Shown: piece by piece, positions 10,977 to 24,175 of the stretch
How positions within the stretch are numbered: position 1 is the first letter of the stretch
Layout: each line of letters starts with the position of its first letter
Assembly: GCF_006345805.1 (NCBI RefSeq)
Contig: NC_042999.1
Location: 16,988,001 to 17,052,000, forward strand
Source: Octopus sinensis
Lineage: Eukaryota
Length of the DNA: 64,000 bases
Direction: 5' to 3'
The notes under the pieces: model-generated
Database searches by the model: none
Told to the model about the DNA's origin: nothing
Seen by the model: only the letters and a program-made list of their open reading frames with translations
Made by a program: the position numbers and the translations under genes

Positions 10977-11884
10977 GGTATAATTACCTGTACTCCCTAT
11001 GCCATCTTTTCTTTTTTGTTTGCCAAACTATTTATATTATTTAATCCCGCATTCCCAACGAAAGTACGCTAAGTAAAGGCATTTCTTTCAGTTGGTAGTC
11101 AAATTACATGCCTGCCGTTTACGGAGTCTGTTTTCTTTTTGGAGACTTGAAGTTATGTTCCCCTCTTGCTTTTGTTCACATGTTGAATCTGGTCTACTTA
11201 ACACTTCAGTAAATGCTGGAAACTGTGTTAATATAGGCGGCGGGTAGGGGCCCTGCAATTGCTTTCTGTTCTTAATTATTTCGTGTGTACTTAGTTATTG
11301 CTAGCCACAGTTCACTTGCTAATGCATTTTTCTCTTCCCTTCAAAGCATTTTATATTGAACTATTTTATTCCCCATATTGTTTTCCTTCAATATTCCCCT
11401 TTCAGCATATTTGAGTTCTCTTTGAAAACGGCGTATCCTTTAGCGTTATGGTTTGACGTCGTTAACGTCCATCTAAACTCTTTCTGTTTTAATTCAAATC
11501 CTTTGTTCCCACATTTTCAGAGGTGTTGCACAACAAAGCTTTTAGTAATTCCATTTTCTCAAGCTCTTTCTTTTCTTCAAGCTTGTTTACTTTATTTATT
11601 GATGTTATATATTTCATCATTCGCAGTGATCCAATTATTATTGACACTATTTTCACTTTGATGATCCATATTCTTCTTATTCCAATTTCAATACCGTCAT
11701 CCTTTTTGCAATTTCTTCACACTCTCCAGGCAATTATATCATAAAAAGGGATGACAATATCTTTCAGATGTTGGCATTGTATCCCCAGACCTTTATAATT
11801 ATAACTAGGCGATTTGCTTTGCACATCATTTTATTACACGGTCTTGTATTTCAAATAGGAAAAATTTATTACTATCATTATTGT

Positions 11885-13070
11885 TTCAAATTTCTTCCAC
11901 AAGGGTAGTAATTTGGGGGGGAGAGACTAGTCGATTATATCGACCCAAGTGTTTCACTGGTACTTATTTTATCGACCCCAAAACAATGAAAGCAAAGTTG
12001 ACCTCGGCGGCATTTGAAGGTTCTGAATTCAAATTCCGCCAAGATCGACTTTGCCTTTCATCCTTTCGGGATCGATTAAGTACCAGTGAAACACTGGGGT
12101 CGAGTCGATGCAATCGACTAATTCTCTCTCCCAAAATTTCAGGACTTGTACATATAGTACAAGGATTAACAATAATAATAAAAAAATAATCCTTTCCACT
12201 ATAGGCACAAGGCCTGAAATTTGGGGAGGAGGCTAGTCGATCACATCAACCCCAGTGTTTCACTGGTACTTAATTTATCGACACCGAAAGGAGGAAATGC
12301 AAAGTCGACCTCAGCGGAATATGAATTCAGAACGTGAAGACGGACGAAACAACGCTAAGTATTTCATCCGACGTGATAACGGTTCTGCTATCTCACCGCC
12401 TTAATATTACTGTTGTAAGGCGATGGGCTGGCAGAATCGTTAGCTCATTGGGCAAAATGCTTTTGCTTTCTGCGTTCAAATTCTGCCGAGGTCGACTTTG
12501 CCTTTCATCCTTTCGAAGTCGAGAAATTAAATACCAGTGAAAAAATTATCGACTAGTTCCCTCCCCACAAATTTGAGGCCCTTTTACTCTAGTATTAAAG
12601 GATCATTATTATCATTATTATTAAGAGGAGCAGGCTGCATCGTGTGCGCGTCTTATATAATGTCTAAATTCAGATAAAATTCAAGCTTTACGTGTTCCAA
12701 GGTCAAATTCCACCGAGGTCGACTTTTCCTTTCATCCTTTCTGAGTCGATAAATTAAGTACCATTCGAACACTGGAATCGATGTAATCGACTAGTTCTCT
12801 CCCCACAAATTTGAGGCCCTCTGCCTCCAGTAGTAGAGAATCATTATTATAATTATTATTAAGAGTTGTTGGCTGAATCGTGATCGCGTCTTATACAATG
12901 CCTAAAGTCAGATAAAATTCAAGCGTTACGTGTTCCGAATTCAAAGTCCACCGACGTCGACTCTGCCTTTGGTACATTCGACGTCGATAAAATAATTACC
13001 AGTACGGCACTGGAGTCGATGTAATCGACTTACACTTCCTATCAAAATTGATGACATTGTGTCAGAAATT
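11885..13070. mobile_element. Cluster of about six family A SINE copies or fragments in both orientations, including a ~240-bp tandem duplication
   Basis: Repeated body motif; the variant head at ~12620 is repeated at ~12860. Confidence 0.8.
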
Positions 13071-13801
13071 ATGAATAGCGGAGGTTTGTCAATTGCTTCT
13101 GCTATAAACCGAGTTCTGATTGCCGTGCAGTGAAAAAACGAAAGCGTGTGTTTCCTATTGTATTCAAAATACTGTACATAAAAAAAGACTAATATCTACA
13201 TTTTCTGTGGATATGCAAATGTATAGCATTTGGTTATTTATATGCCAGGTGTCTTTATAGCTATTTAGTTCGGTTATTAAATATTTCTTTACAATATTTT
13301 GCCTGTAAATATGCTTGTTAGTCATTACCAATTAAAGTTAGTGTTTTGTTCTTTATTCATCTTATCTCTGTCACTTTTTTTGTTGGCTTTCGTTTATAGC
13401 ACCTGTGCTCCGTTTTAAGTTGATTTTTTTTTCCAATATTAAACGATATCGTCTTTGATGGTACTCATGCTGTCGCAAACATTATTGTTCTTCTGAGAAT
13501 AATTCTACTTTTCTTGACGTTGAAGTGGTTTTTATTCTTTTTCCCCTGGTCATGTTTGCTTTTTAGGATTGACGTCGTTTGTTTGTTTTATTCAAAGAAT
13601 GGTTGTCAACTCTGTTAATGGCGGAGCCTTTATAAGTTACAGCAGCTGTATTGTTTCCGATGTTCTCTGAGAGAAGACACTTCTATTGTGTTATCTTCTA
13701 AATGTCTAATATTTTTCTTTTTTTTCCTATATTTGTGTCTTTCCTTTAGTCATTTAACCGATGGGGAAGATTGTATCCGTTATCACATCTTATTTTCAGA
13801 T

Positions 13802-14426
13802 GTTTCTTTACTACCCACAAGGGGCTAAACATAGAGGGCATAAACAAGTACAGACAAACGGATTAAGTCGATTACATCGACACCAGTGCAAGATCTTTTC
13901 AGTTTGAACGGCAGTTTTTAAAAATAATTTCCACGTAACTAAACACTTTTAAACTTCCTATACTGGTAGAATGTGTTTATAAAACATCTTTTTCTCTTGG
14001 CTTTATTGAGAAAATGTTATTGTTTGTAAGATATTTGTTGTTTTTTTCTTCAATTTTTGCAATTTCAACCAATCACTGACGTCTATTGAGGTAAAAAACA
14101 TTCTGTACCGTATGAATATATCCCTCGTTTAAGAAATAGATTGGGTTTATTTACATTTGTGAAGAAAAAAAAGATACCGTTCCCCCACCTCTAACCCTAA
14201 AACAGATTGAAATGCAATAGATCGATACTAGGGTCATAATTATGGGTGACAATTTCATGACACCGCTAGAAAAACTGCCGTTCAAACCGAAAAGACCCCC
14301 AGTGCGTAACTGGTACTTAATTTATCGACCCCGAAAGTATGAAAGGCAAAGTCGATCTCGGCGGAATTTGAATTCAGAACGTAACGGCAGACGAAATACG
14401 GCTACGCATTTCTGCCAGCTCGCCGC
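13802..14426 (-). mobile_element. Family A SINE split by a MITE
   Basis: Tail at 13802-13890; body and head resume at 14299. Confidence 0.85.
13891..14298. mobile_element. MITE with GGATCTTTTCGGTTTGAACGGCAG-type TIRs and 8-bp TSD
   Basis: TIRs at both ends; TSD CCAGTGCA / CCAGTGCG; inverted copy of 16228-16654. Confidence 0.9.
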
Positions 14427-14755
14427 ATTATCACGTCTTATTTTTATATTCCATTATATGCATGCATTCCAAGTACTTTGGGATTTCATAACCCGACATA
14501 AATTAACCTGCTAAAGAACCTACATTTCTTTGTAATCTTTTTGGCGACTGCAATTATTCCGTTTATTCTGGAACTATTCATTCTTGTACCCAGCTCTATT
14601 AACTCTACGATGACCAGATTTTGGTTTTCATATCATTATTATTTTATCGTTAAGTTACATTGCTGTTGGAAGTCTTCGTCGGTTCAGAGAAAATCTATCG
14701 CATTTCGTTCTAAAAGAGTTTCACCCCAAGATATCTTATTCTTCAATCTTGTTGA

Positions 14756-14974
14756 AGGCGGCGAGCTGGCAGAAACTTTAGCACGCCGGGCGAAATTCGT
14801 AGCCGTATTTCGTCTGCCGCTATGTCCTGAGTTCAAATTACGCAGAGATCGACTTTGTCTTTCATCCTTTCGAGGTCGATTAAATAAGTACCAGTTACGC
14901 ACTGATATCGATGTAATTTGTCTGTCCTTGTTTGTCTTCTCTGTGTTTAGCCCCTTGTGGGTAGTAAAGAAATA
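14756..14974 (+). mobile_element. Family A SINE with 24-bp TSD
   Basis: GATATCTTATTCTTCAATCTTGTT (14730-14753) versus GGTATTTTATTCTTCAATCTTGTT (14975-14998). Confidence 0.9.
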
Positions 14975-15159
14975 GGTATTTTATTCTTCAATCTTGTTTT
15001 AGTATCTTGTAATATTTTTACTTTGTGGTATCAGTTATAGTTTTTACAGTTTATTTTGTTATTTACTTTGCGTCCCACATTTCACACCTATCGTCGCGGT
15101 TTACGTGCTCAATCTTTTTGTTCTTGTATTTCAATGTTTACAAGGTTTTGTAATTTAGA

Positions 15160-15455
15160 AGTTGGTTTTACGAATTCGTGATTTCGGGTTCAGTTCCACC
15201 GTGTGGCACATTGAGCGACTGTCTTTCAGTATTTCCCTTGGCCAACCAATGGCTTGCGATTGAATTTGGTAGACGGAAATTATATGGAAGCCGTCTTATA
15301 TGTTTCTATGTGTGTTAGCCTCCAGGCCACCGCTCGATGTTTGTTTGGCAAAGAAAGCAATAAAATGAGTACCACCCCTAAAAAAAGTCGATTTGTTCAG
15401 CTGAACCCACTTGACCGAGGTCCAATGAATAAATGAAGTAAAAATAAAAAAGACA
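15160..15455 (+). mobile_element. Degraded family B (CORE-type) SINE
   Basis: GGGTTCAGTTCCAC.GTGTGGCACATTGAGC..TTTGGTAGACGGAAA matches family B. Confidence 0.7.
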
Positions 15456-16227
15456 AAGAAAAAAGTTCTTGTATTTTCATCATGTGTTCTTTTGATCGTT
15501 CTAGTTTTATATTTGCTATATATTTTTTAGGTTTTTCTAATATAAGTCTGTGAGGATCTAATATTACCTTTAAACCGTACGTATTTTCTTTCTAGCCTTT
15601 TAACAAAATTATTATTCATTGTCGGAGAGAATAAGCATATTCTGCTAATTTCCCCTTCTACGATTTTCATTTGAGTGACTTGATCAGAAGACTGGCAAAG
15701 TTTATTTGGGTTTTTCATAATTTTTGTTCTGCAGACGATTGTCTTTGTTTGATGGTGTACATCTTCCTTCATGTAAATGTGGTTGTACAATACGGTTTTC
15801 GTTGGGGTTGTTAGATACTCTTCTATGTTTTGCGTTGAATCTATTTGATAGCGATTTCAATTTTATTCCGACTGTATATTTTACATATGGAGCTTAAAAG
15901 CCAACCAATTTAAACATTTGTGATGCATTACTTAAAAATAAAAGCAGGCACCGAGATGGCAGAGTAGTTAATTCGCTGAACCTAATAACAGTTCTTCCGG
16001 CTTTACGTCCTGAGTTCAAATTTAGTCGAGATCGACTTTGTTCTTTTTTTTTTATCCTTCAATAAAATAGATGCAACTATAGCACCGGGTTCGATGTTAT
16101 CGACTAGTGATGTCCCACCAAAATTTCAAACATTTTACCTGTACTTGAAAGAAATATTTTAAGTGAAAGAATAGAGTAATATCCAGTGGTTAACCTAATT
16201 ATTATCTTCACAGCTAACTTTTACTTT

Positions 16228-16654
16228 GGATCTTTTCGGTTTGAACGGCAGTTTTTTTATCTAGCGGTGTCATATGAAATTGTCACCCATAATTATGACC
16301 CTAGTATTGATCTATTGCATTTCAATCTGTTTTAGGGTTAGGGGTGGTTACGGGTGGGGGTAAGGGTATCTTTTTTTCTTCACAAATGTAAATAAACCCA
16401 ATCTGTTTCTTAAACGTGGGACATATTCATATGGCACAGAATGATTTTTTTACTTCAATGGACGTCAGTGATCGGTTGAAATTGCAGAAATTGAAGAAAA
16501 AAATACAACAAATATCTTACAAGCTTTTGAATTTTCTCAATAAAGCCAAGAGAAAAAGATGTTTTATAAACACATTCTACCAGTATAGGAAGTTTAAACA
16601 TTTTTAGTTACCTAGAAATTATGTTAAAAATTGCCGTTCAAACCGAAAAGATCC
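16228..16654. mobile_element. 427-bp MITE with GG..CC termini and perfect 8-bp TSD (Merlin/hAT/P-type TSD length)
   Basis: GGATCTTTTCGGTTTGAACGGCA..TGCCGTTCAAACCGAAAAGATCC flanked by TTTACTTT on both sides; internal TTAGGG-like motifs. Confidence 0.92.
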
Positions 16655-17513
16655 TTTACTTTTCTTGTTAATTTAGCGATTTGATTTCTTGTTATTACAT
16701 CATGTTCAGAACAATGAAGCAGTTTTTTGTTGCGCTAAACATTCCAGATTATTATAAACATGTGGAAACAAAAGGATTCAGCAGAAGTCTTAAAATGAAA
16801 TTTGGTTAGAAAAAGCAGCAAAGCAAATATAATGAGAGGAAAATTAATAAAAAATACTAATGTCATTTTAAGTAAAGAAAAAAACTTGAGGACGATTAAT
16901 AAAGACACGAAAAGCAAATGTGTGAGACACGCTCAAATGAACGAACATTTTGAGTACATGTATTATGGATACATTAGATTAACTTAAAACAACTGAACTA
17001 AATGAGAAACTACGGTAGCATTTATCAAAACTTTAGCACTTTCACTAATAAGTTGTGCTTGTGATATTCCCAACTGAAAACTAAATGAATTAGCCAGCGT
17101 AATCAAGAAAGGAACAAAAGTAATAACTGCGTTTGGAATGAATCACCTAGACGCCATCACAGGAAACTTATGTTTTCTAGGAACATGTTTTGCAAGAAAA
17201 ATATTATTAAAATTTATTATAGCAAAGAAACATATATAAACGGATTATACTAATCACAGACTTACACATATTTGTAAAGAATTAATAAACAAGACAGCGC
17301 GTAACAAACAAAAAATAGAATAGATTAAGAACTTCAGAGTTCACTGTCAAATATAAGCTAACAAGTATCGTTATTGTTCTAGTAATACGTTATGGGTATA
17401 TTCTCAATCACGAGATTAACTAAGCAGACAATTAAAATAGCGACTCTGTTTAGAATACATCACCCAGACGCCATCGTAAACAAAATATTTACAATAAATA
17501 TCGAAAATATTAC

Positions 17514-17700
17514 TTGCTTAGGCCTGTTGCTCCCCGTGGAGCAGTGGCCTTCGACGACTTTTCTCCACTGTTCTCGACTCCAGGATTGACTTCAGGGCGA
17601 TTTCTTCAGTAGTGGGGTTGGTGGTTACGTTTTCGTGGAGGAAGGTTTCCTTGCATGTGTCTTGCTGATAAATGAATTGCCACTGATGCTTCTGTTCGCT
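17514..17700 (-). mobile_element. RTE-clade LINE 3' end fragment
   Basis: Minus strand ends ..REQWRK..GHCSTGSNRPK, typical of RTE C-termini. Confidence 0.5.
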
Positions 17701-17819
17701 AAACGGAAACTCTGGTTTACCTCTGAGAAAAGATGCGTTATATTACTCTACTCTCTGTCCGATTTCTTTATTAAGCATAAAGCCCGAAACACATAGGGGA
17801 CTCTAAAAGGAGAGACAAG

Positions 17820-18083
17820 GGTAAAATTACAGATTAACACTCGCACGATTTTTACTAAAAAAAAAAAAAACTGATTTTTTTTGCGTGGAATCAAGTACTG
17901 TGACCTCGTAATATGCTGTAAATCCCATATTTGAGTTCGGAAGGTTTGGGGTGGGGGGCAGAATTTTCTCAATAAAGCCAAGAGAAAATGTTTTATAAAC
18001 ACATTCTACCAGTATACGAAGTTTAAAATTTTTTAGTTACCTAGAAATTATGTTAAAAACTGCCGTTCAAACCGGGAAGATCC
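17820..18083. mobile_element. Chimeric MITE: GGTAAAATTACAG left end joined to a ..GAAGATCC right end
   Basis: Left part matches 25928-26030; right part matches 16530-16654. Confidence 0.8.
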
Positions 18084-18971
18084 TAATTTTGTGCTGCCTT
18101 TATAGGGTTCCCATTACAGTTTAACTAAAACCCTAGTCTTTTGTGAACAGGGTTATCTTAATTTCCTCTGCTCATTCAATATTTTGGTTTGATCTGTAAT
18201 TATTGATGGCTATTCCAGAGCACAAAGCATACAGATATTTTTCGATTACAAAATTACATTGTAATGTAACAAAGGAACAGTCTACACGCACATATATACA
18301 AACACACATATACACACGTGATACACACACATATACATACACCCATACGTGTTTTGATATACACATATGCGTACGCTTATCAATATATCATAACGTGGTT
18401 GTATATGTGTATTTATGTATATATGCGTGTACGTATGTATATAACTAATTAATTTTAATTGAAGCTGATAAAAATCAATGCGCTTCATTGATGAGAAGAA
18501 GCAGATAGGAATACATATTGAACTGAGATAAGCTAATTAAGTTGACTTCAGGGATAACGATATGTACTTCCTGAATACAATTTCACCGGTATAGCTTCAC
18601 ATAAAATATGAAATTATCTGCATATTATCAATAAAACTTATCAATGTTTAATTTTTATTTCTACATATACGCTTTGCTTTATTGAGCTGGTTATGTATGA
18701 ACAATTCGGCATTTGATTTTATATCATTTCGCTTTAATTATGTATTTATTTTATATTCTTTCTTTCAGAAGCCTATAAATCGCATGGGAATTACTTCAGC
18801 AAATAGTACCATTTTCCCGAATTAAATTTTCGGAGAAATATTCAAGAGAATTTCCTCGAATTTTATTATATTAATTATATTCTTGGTTGATTGAAGAATT
18901 ACAGCTTACTTCATTTATATCGGTAACATCCGTGTGGTTACTTGCTTCGTCTATATTTAATACGCTGTTTT

Positions 18972-19148
18972 TTCGTCTGTCTTTACGATCTGAGTTCAAA
19001 TTCCGCCGAGGTCGACTTCGCCTTTCGTCCTTTCGGGGTCGATTAAATAAGTACTAGTTACGCACTGGGGTCAATGTAATCGACTTAATCCCTTTTTGTG
19101 TCCTTGTTTGTCCCCTCTATGTTTAGCCCCTTGTGGACAATAAAGAAA
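18972..19148 (+). mobile_element. 5'-truncated family A SINE with ~17-bp TSD
   Basis: TATATTTAATACG(C/T)TGT on both sides. Confidence 0.88.
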
Positions 19149-19577
19149 TTATATTTAATACGTTGTAATACTGCATTTTTTGCAGTATCTACTTTACATT
19201 CTAAAATCTCTAAGAGAGCCTGACTCTCCTGTTCTTCCGTAATGGCACAATCCAAAATATATTTGTCCTCTCTAATCTTTAAATGTAGCAGTCTACTTCC
19301 ATTATGACTTTGTGTAAATCGGAAGTTATGTGTATGTGCTCATGCTTTTTCTATTTCAAATTTTATGCTATTACAGACATTATCATAATTGTCTTTTATT
19401 TATCACTTGTTAGTCATTTCAATGTAGCCATACAGGAATATTTTAAGTTTGGTATGTATTTTATCAGTTTCTCATACCGAACCGCTAGATTACTAAGATG
19501 TATGCAAACACCTTTTGCCAAGCAGTGGGTGTCACGAACGCAATTACACGCACGAATTATATATATATATATATATA

Positions 19578-19844
19578 CTGTTGTGTCTGGGGAGAGTAAT
19601 TCTCTTTTGGTGCCTTATAACACACTCACCAGTAAAATTTCCACTTATTACTTTTTTATTTTTCTGAAATTTTCGTTGCGTCTTGCAAACTTTTCAGTAG
19701 TTTTCAGAGTCAAAAACTATTGAGAAGGTTGCAAGACGCAACGAAAATTTTAGAGAAATAAAAAACAAATAAGTGGAAATTTTACCGGTGAATGTGCTAA
19801 ATTATAAGGCACCAAAAGCGAATGCCTCTCCCCAGACATAACAG
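19578..19844. mobile_element. Almost fully palindromic foldback MITE (~267 bp)
   Basis: CTGTTGTGTCTGGGGAGAG..TTTCGTTGCGTCTTGCAA..TTGCAAGACGCAACGAAA..CTCTCCCCAGACATAACAG. Confidence 0.9.
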
Positions 19845-20704
19845 AATATGCTTCAACACACGAACTCACATAAAGAATCTTGCAAACAAAATCCCAAAAC
19901 GAAGTGTATATACAAAAGTGTAATTTAGGATTAACGCTTCGAAAGGAGACATTATATTCCAATATCCAAATCTTGTTTCAGAGGACATTCACCACTGATG
20001 GCTACCTGGAGCGGTCCATATTACTGCAGTTTCATTACTGGTTCTACGTCAGGCATTCGTAGGTGCAAGCTGGTTATATTTTAAATGACTGATATGGAAG
20101 ACGCTGTGTATGTAGAAGCTTTATTTAACACACCAATCGTTTCGGTTGCAGAAGGCAGACGAGACGATTGTTTTGCTAATTAAACCTAATATTTACACTC
20201 GGCTTTCTGCATCAATCATTTACAATGAATGTATATATATAAAAAGAATACAAAATACACAGTTATATCTTGAGATCGCTGGTAATAACAATACTCAAAA
20301 TATAAAACAGACTGCAATTGTAGTGCTCCAAATGAGCTATAATTCTTAATTTGAACGGAGGCAATGCGAGCAGGAACTAAAGGAACATTACTAAGATCTA
20401 CACTCAAAGATCAAATACATACGTATATTCATTTATATCTACAGAACGGATATAAAATTCGACATATATATACACAGATATAAATCATATATAAGTAGAT
20501 AAAAATCATATAATATATATAAATATATACGAATCAGTATTACAAACAAAGCTGTGAATTTATGCTTAAAGTTATAAAGGTTTAATTAAAAATTTGTATA
20601 ATTAAAAATTTGGGATAATAAAACATAAAAGGGCATATTAAAATGACGAATTAAAATTCCAGAAAAAAAAGCAGAAAAAATACAGTAAAAAACAAAATTA
20701 TATG

Positions 20705-21048
20705 TGTATGTGTCTCTGCGAATGCTTTTAAGCGGTGTCGAGTTTTATAATTCTGTAAATAATAACAATGATATTTTTATAAGGTTGAAGCTTACAGCGA
20801 TTACCGTCCAATTGACTAAGGAAAATAGTATAATAATGAGGCTCATAAGCCCTCGACAGAAAAAGGTAGGCTTTCCCTTACGCGTGGAACTCGAGCCCAC
20901 ATTGCTAAAACTCGACACCGCTTAACAAAACCTTTTGCACGATGATCGTTATAACTTTAAACTTAAAAAAAAACAAAACATTATTATTATTTACAGAATT
21001 GTAAAACTCAACACGTCTTAACAAAACCATTCGCACCGAAAGCACAAA
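20705..21048. repeat. Imperfect ~65-bp inverted repeats (old MITE-like)
   Basis: TGCGAATG..TTAAGCGGTGTCGAGTTTTATAATTCTGTAAATAATAA versus TTATTATTTACAGAATTGTAAAACTCAACACG.CTTAA..CATTCGCA. Confidence 0.6.
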
Positions 21049-21551
21049 GTTTGTTTACAAAAACAACTACAAACTAATATAGTTCTTAAATTTGGTGCAG
21101 TATGGTGGCTTGCGTGCCCTAATGAATCTGAGAAATTTAATACAGCTTCTCGTAATAGAAAGATTAAAGGGTAGAGTGAGAGTGGAATTTAAAGAGTTGC
21201 CACCAGTAGTGGATCTAGGTTTATTTATTATCCATAAAGGACTATACGTAAATGGGGCGGTACAATCGGGGAACATAAAATAACAAAAGAGGATGAATAA
21301 AGACGAAGGAATTAAAAAAAGAATGAATTATGATAAGATATTATAATGAGGCGCAATGCCAAACTCGAACCCCGAAGTGGAGTGGCTACATTTTGTCAGT
21401 CTTTTCCCATAATTGATTTTCTCAAAGATTACAACTGAATTTTACAAAATTACATATCAATTTCACAAAATTTACAAAAAAATTAATTTCCCAAAAATTT
21501 CAAAAGAAATAAATTTTGCAAACAGAGATTTTCGGCACTTTTTCCACAATT

Positions 21552-22852
21552 TTAGCGATAGTCTATTTTTCTTTTCAGCTCCTCATAATCCATTACGGGA
21601 GGTGGGTAATCCATCACCCGACACCTCTTTTCTTCTAGTTTATGCTTTCTGGCGACCTCGATGAAATTGGCGTAACTGTCCGCATGGACTAAAACACCAA
21701 TCTCATCTTCGTCGTACTTGGTTCCCATCCATACTCTTGTTACTCCCTTCACTGTCGATCCTTTTTTCTCTATTTCATAGGAGCTTTTGTATATTACAAA
21801 CGCTCCATAAGACTTAAACGTATCGTTACCTGTGTTTTCCGCTGCGTCTTCCCTCGTCTTCGATCTTTTTCTACTTTTGTGACTGGTAGCTCCTTTGCTC
21901 TCTTCTTTCGATTTTTCCATTTCTCTCTTATTGTTGTCCTTGTTTTCTTTCTCTTTCAGTGTACTGTTTTTTCCTAACTTTTTCATTCTGTTTGAACTTT
22001 CTCTTGTCTCTGTTCTTTCTTTTGCTCTTTTTGTTCCTTTTCTGTTGTCTCTTTACTTTGTGAAAATTCATATAAAGGACACTCAGTCCTTATATGACCT
22101 CTTGTTCCGCACAGATAACAATTGGGTCTCCTTCCTTCGACAATAATGTTTATCGTCGGTTCATTTTCAACTTCGATCTGAAAGGGGATTCTCTCTCTGT
22201 CTTCTGTTGCGGCTGTAAGCCACATTTCGACTCCGAATCCACGCCAGTTCACCGTATTGGTTTCAGTAACTGGACCCAGTTCGGGTTCGTCTTTTGTAGA
22301 CCCTAGAATCGCTGCCACCAGCTATTCTATTTTTATTTCCGGCAGTATACTCGGAATCTTAACCTAGACACTTCTTCTTCCTTTATAAGTGGGTAACATT
22401 GTAAACCTTTCTGTTCTTAAGATAGCGGTGGATAGCGAGGCCGCCACTTCACTTGTGGTAAACCTTACCTCCACCGTACCGAACTTCTTCCCTCTGCCCA
22501 CATAAGTTGCTCTTTCCATTACGTCTCCGATACACTTTTCTATTTCTTCTTCTGATATCCATACTATTTTCTTTGTGTTCATGTATTGAGTTTTATATAT
22601 AATCGTTTTAAGGTTTTTATCTGTTGTTTCTGCTGGAGGGATCAGTTTAATGCTTTCTCCCTCCCTTCTCACGTACTGTTCATATCTCTATATTTCTTCT
22701 TTAACAATTGTAACATTCTTTTTAAAACCCATTGCAGCAATTCTCGCATAGGTATTCCTGAAGGAGGGACGACGTCTTTTCTTTCACCTAAAATGAGAAA
22801 AAAAGAACCGCAAGCAGCAGAAAGCGCCTCGCGCGATTCGTTCTCGTTCCAT
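21552..22852 (-). pseudogene. L1/Tx1-type ORF1p (gag-like RNA-binding protein with CCHC zinc knuckle), disrupted by stops and frameshifts
   Basis: TYARIAAM N-terminal motif, RRM-like GRGKKFGTVEVRF, CYLCGTRGHIRTEC (CX2CX4HX4C), Lys/Glu-rich tail. Confidence 0.85.
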
Positions 22853-22873
22853 TTTTTTCACACAAAAGACATA

Positions 22874-24175
22874 ACGTCTTCACCGCATGAGCTCAAAAAA
22901 CACGTCTTCACCGCATGAGCTCAAAAAACACGTCTTCACCGCATGAGCTCAAAAAACACGTCTTCACCGCATGAGCTCAAAAAACAACATCTCCACCGCA
23001 TGAGCTCAAAAAACATGTCTTCACCGCATGAGCTCAGAAAACACGTCTTCACCGCATGAGCTCTACAAACAAGTCTTCACCGCATGAGCTAAAAAAACAC
23101 TTCTTCACCGCATGAACTCTACAAACACGTCTTCACCGCATGAGCTCAAAAAACACGTCTTCACCGCATGAGCTCACAAACACTTCTTCACCGCATGAGC
23201 TCAAAAAACACTTCTTCACCGCATGAGCTCTACAAACACGTCTTCACCGCATGAGCTCAAAAAACACATCTTCACCGCATGAGCTCAAAAAACACGTCTT
23301 CACCGCATGAGCTCAAAAAACACGTCTTCACCGCATGAGCTCTACAAACACGTCTTCACCGCATGAGCCCAAAAAACACATCTTCACCGCATGAGCTCAA
23401 AAAACATGTCTTCACCGCATGAGCTCAAAAAACACGTCTTCACCGCATGAGCTCAAAAAACACGTCTTCACCGCATGAGCTCAAAAAACACGTCTTCACC
23501 GCATGAGCTCTACAAACAAGTCTTCACCGCATGAGCTAAAAAAACACTTCTTCACCGCATGAACTCTACAAACACGTCTTCACCGCATGAGCTCAAAAAA
23601 CACGTCTTCACCGCATGAGCTCAAGAAACACGTCTTCACCGCATGAGCTCAAGAAACACGTCTTCACCGCATGAGCTCACAAACACTTCTTCACCCGCAT
23701 GAGCTCAAAAAATACTTCTTCACCGCATGAGCTCTACAAACACGTCTTCACCGCATGAGCTCAAAAAACACATCTTCACCGCATGAACTCTACAAACACG
23801 TCTTCACCGCATGAGCTCAAAAAACACGTCTTCACCGCATGAGCTCAAGAAACACGTCTTCACCGCATGAGCTCACAAACACTTCTTCACCGCATGAGTT
23901 CAAAAAACACTTCTTCACCGCATGAGCTCTACAAACACGTCTTCACCGCATGAACTCAAAAAACACATCTTCACCGCATGAGCTCAAAAAACACGTCTTC
24001 ACCGCATGAGCTCAAAAAACACGTCTTCACGGCATGAGCTCAAAAAACACATCTTCACCGCATGAGCTCAAAAAACATGTCTTCACCGCATGAGCTCAAA
24101 AAACACGTCTTCACCGCATGAGCCCAAAAAACACGTCTTCACCGCATGAGCTCAAGAAATACGTCTTCACCGCAT
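22874..24175 (-). repeat. 28-bp minisatellite, about 46 copies (CTTCACCGCATGAGCTCAAAAAACACGT), in the element 5' region
   Basis: 28-bp period (22878, 22906 ...) with recurring variant units and no spacers. Confidence 0.97.

Noticed and set aside
19972-20090. Possible host exon after TTGTTTCAG (also after TCTTTCAG at ~18768, and a minus-strand segment ending at a GGTAAG donor at ~2095)
   Set aside because: Splice-like signals only; no recognisable protein and no consistent exon chain. RNA-seq is needed.
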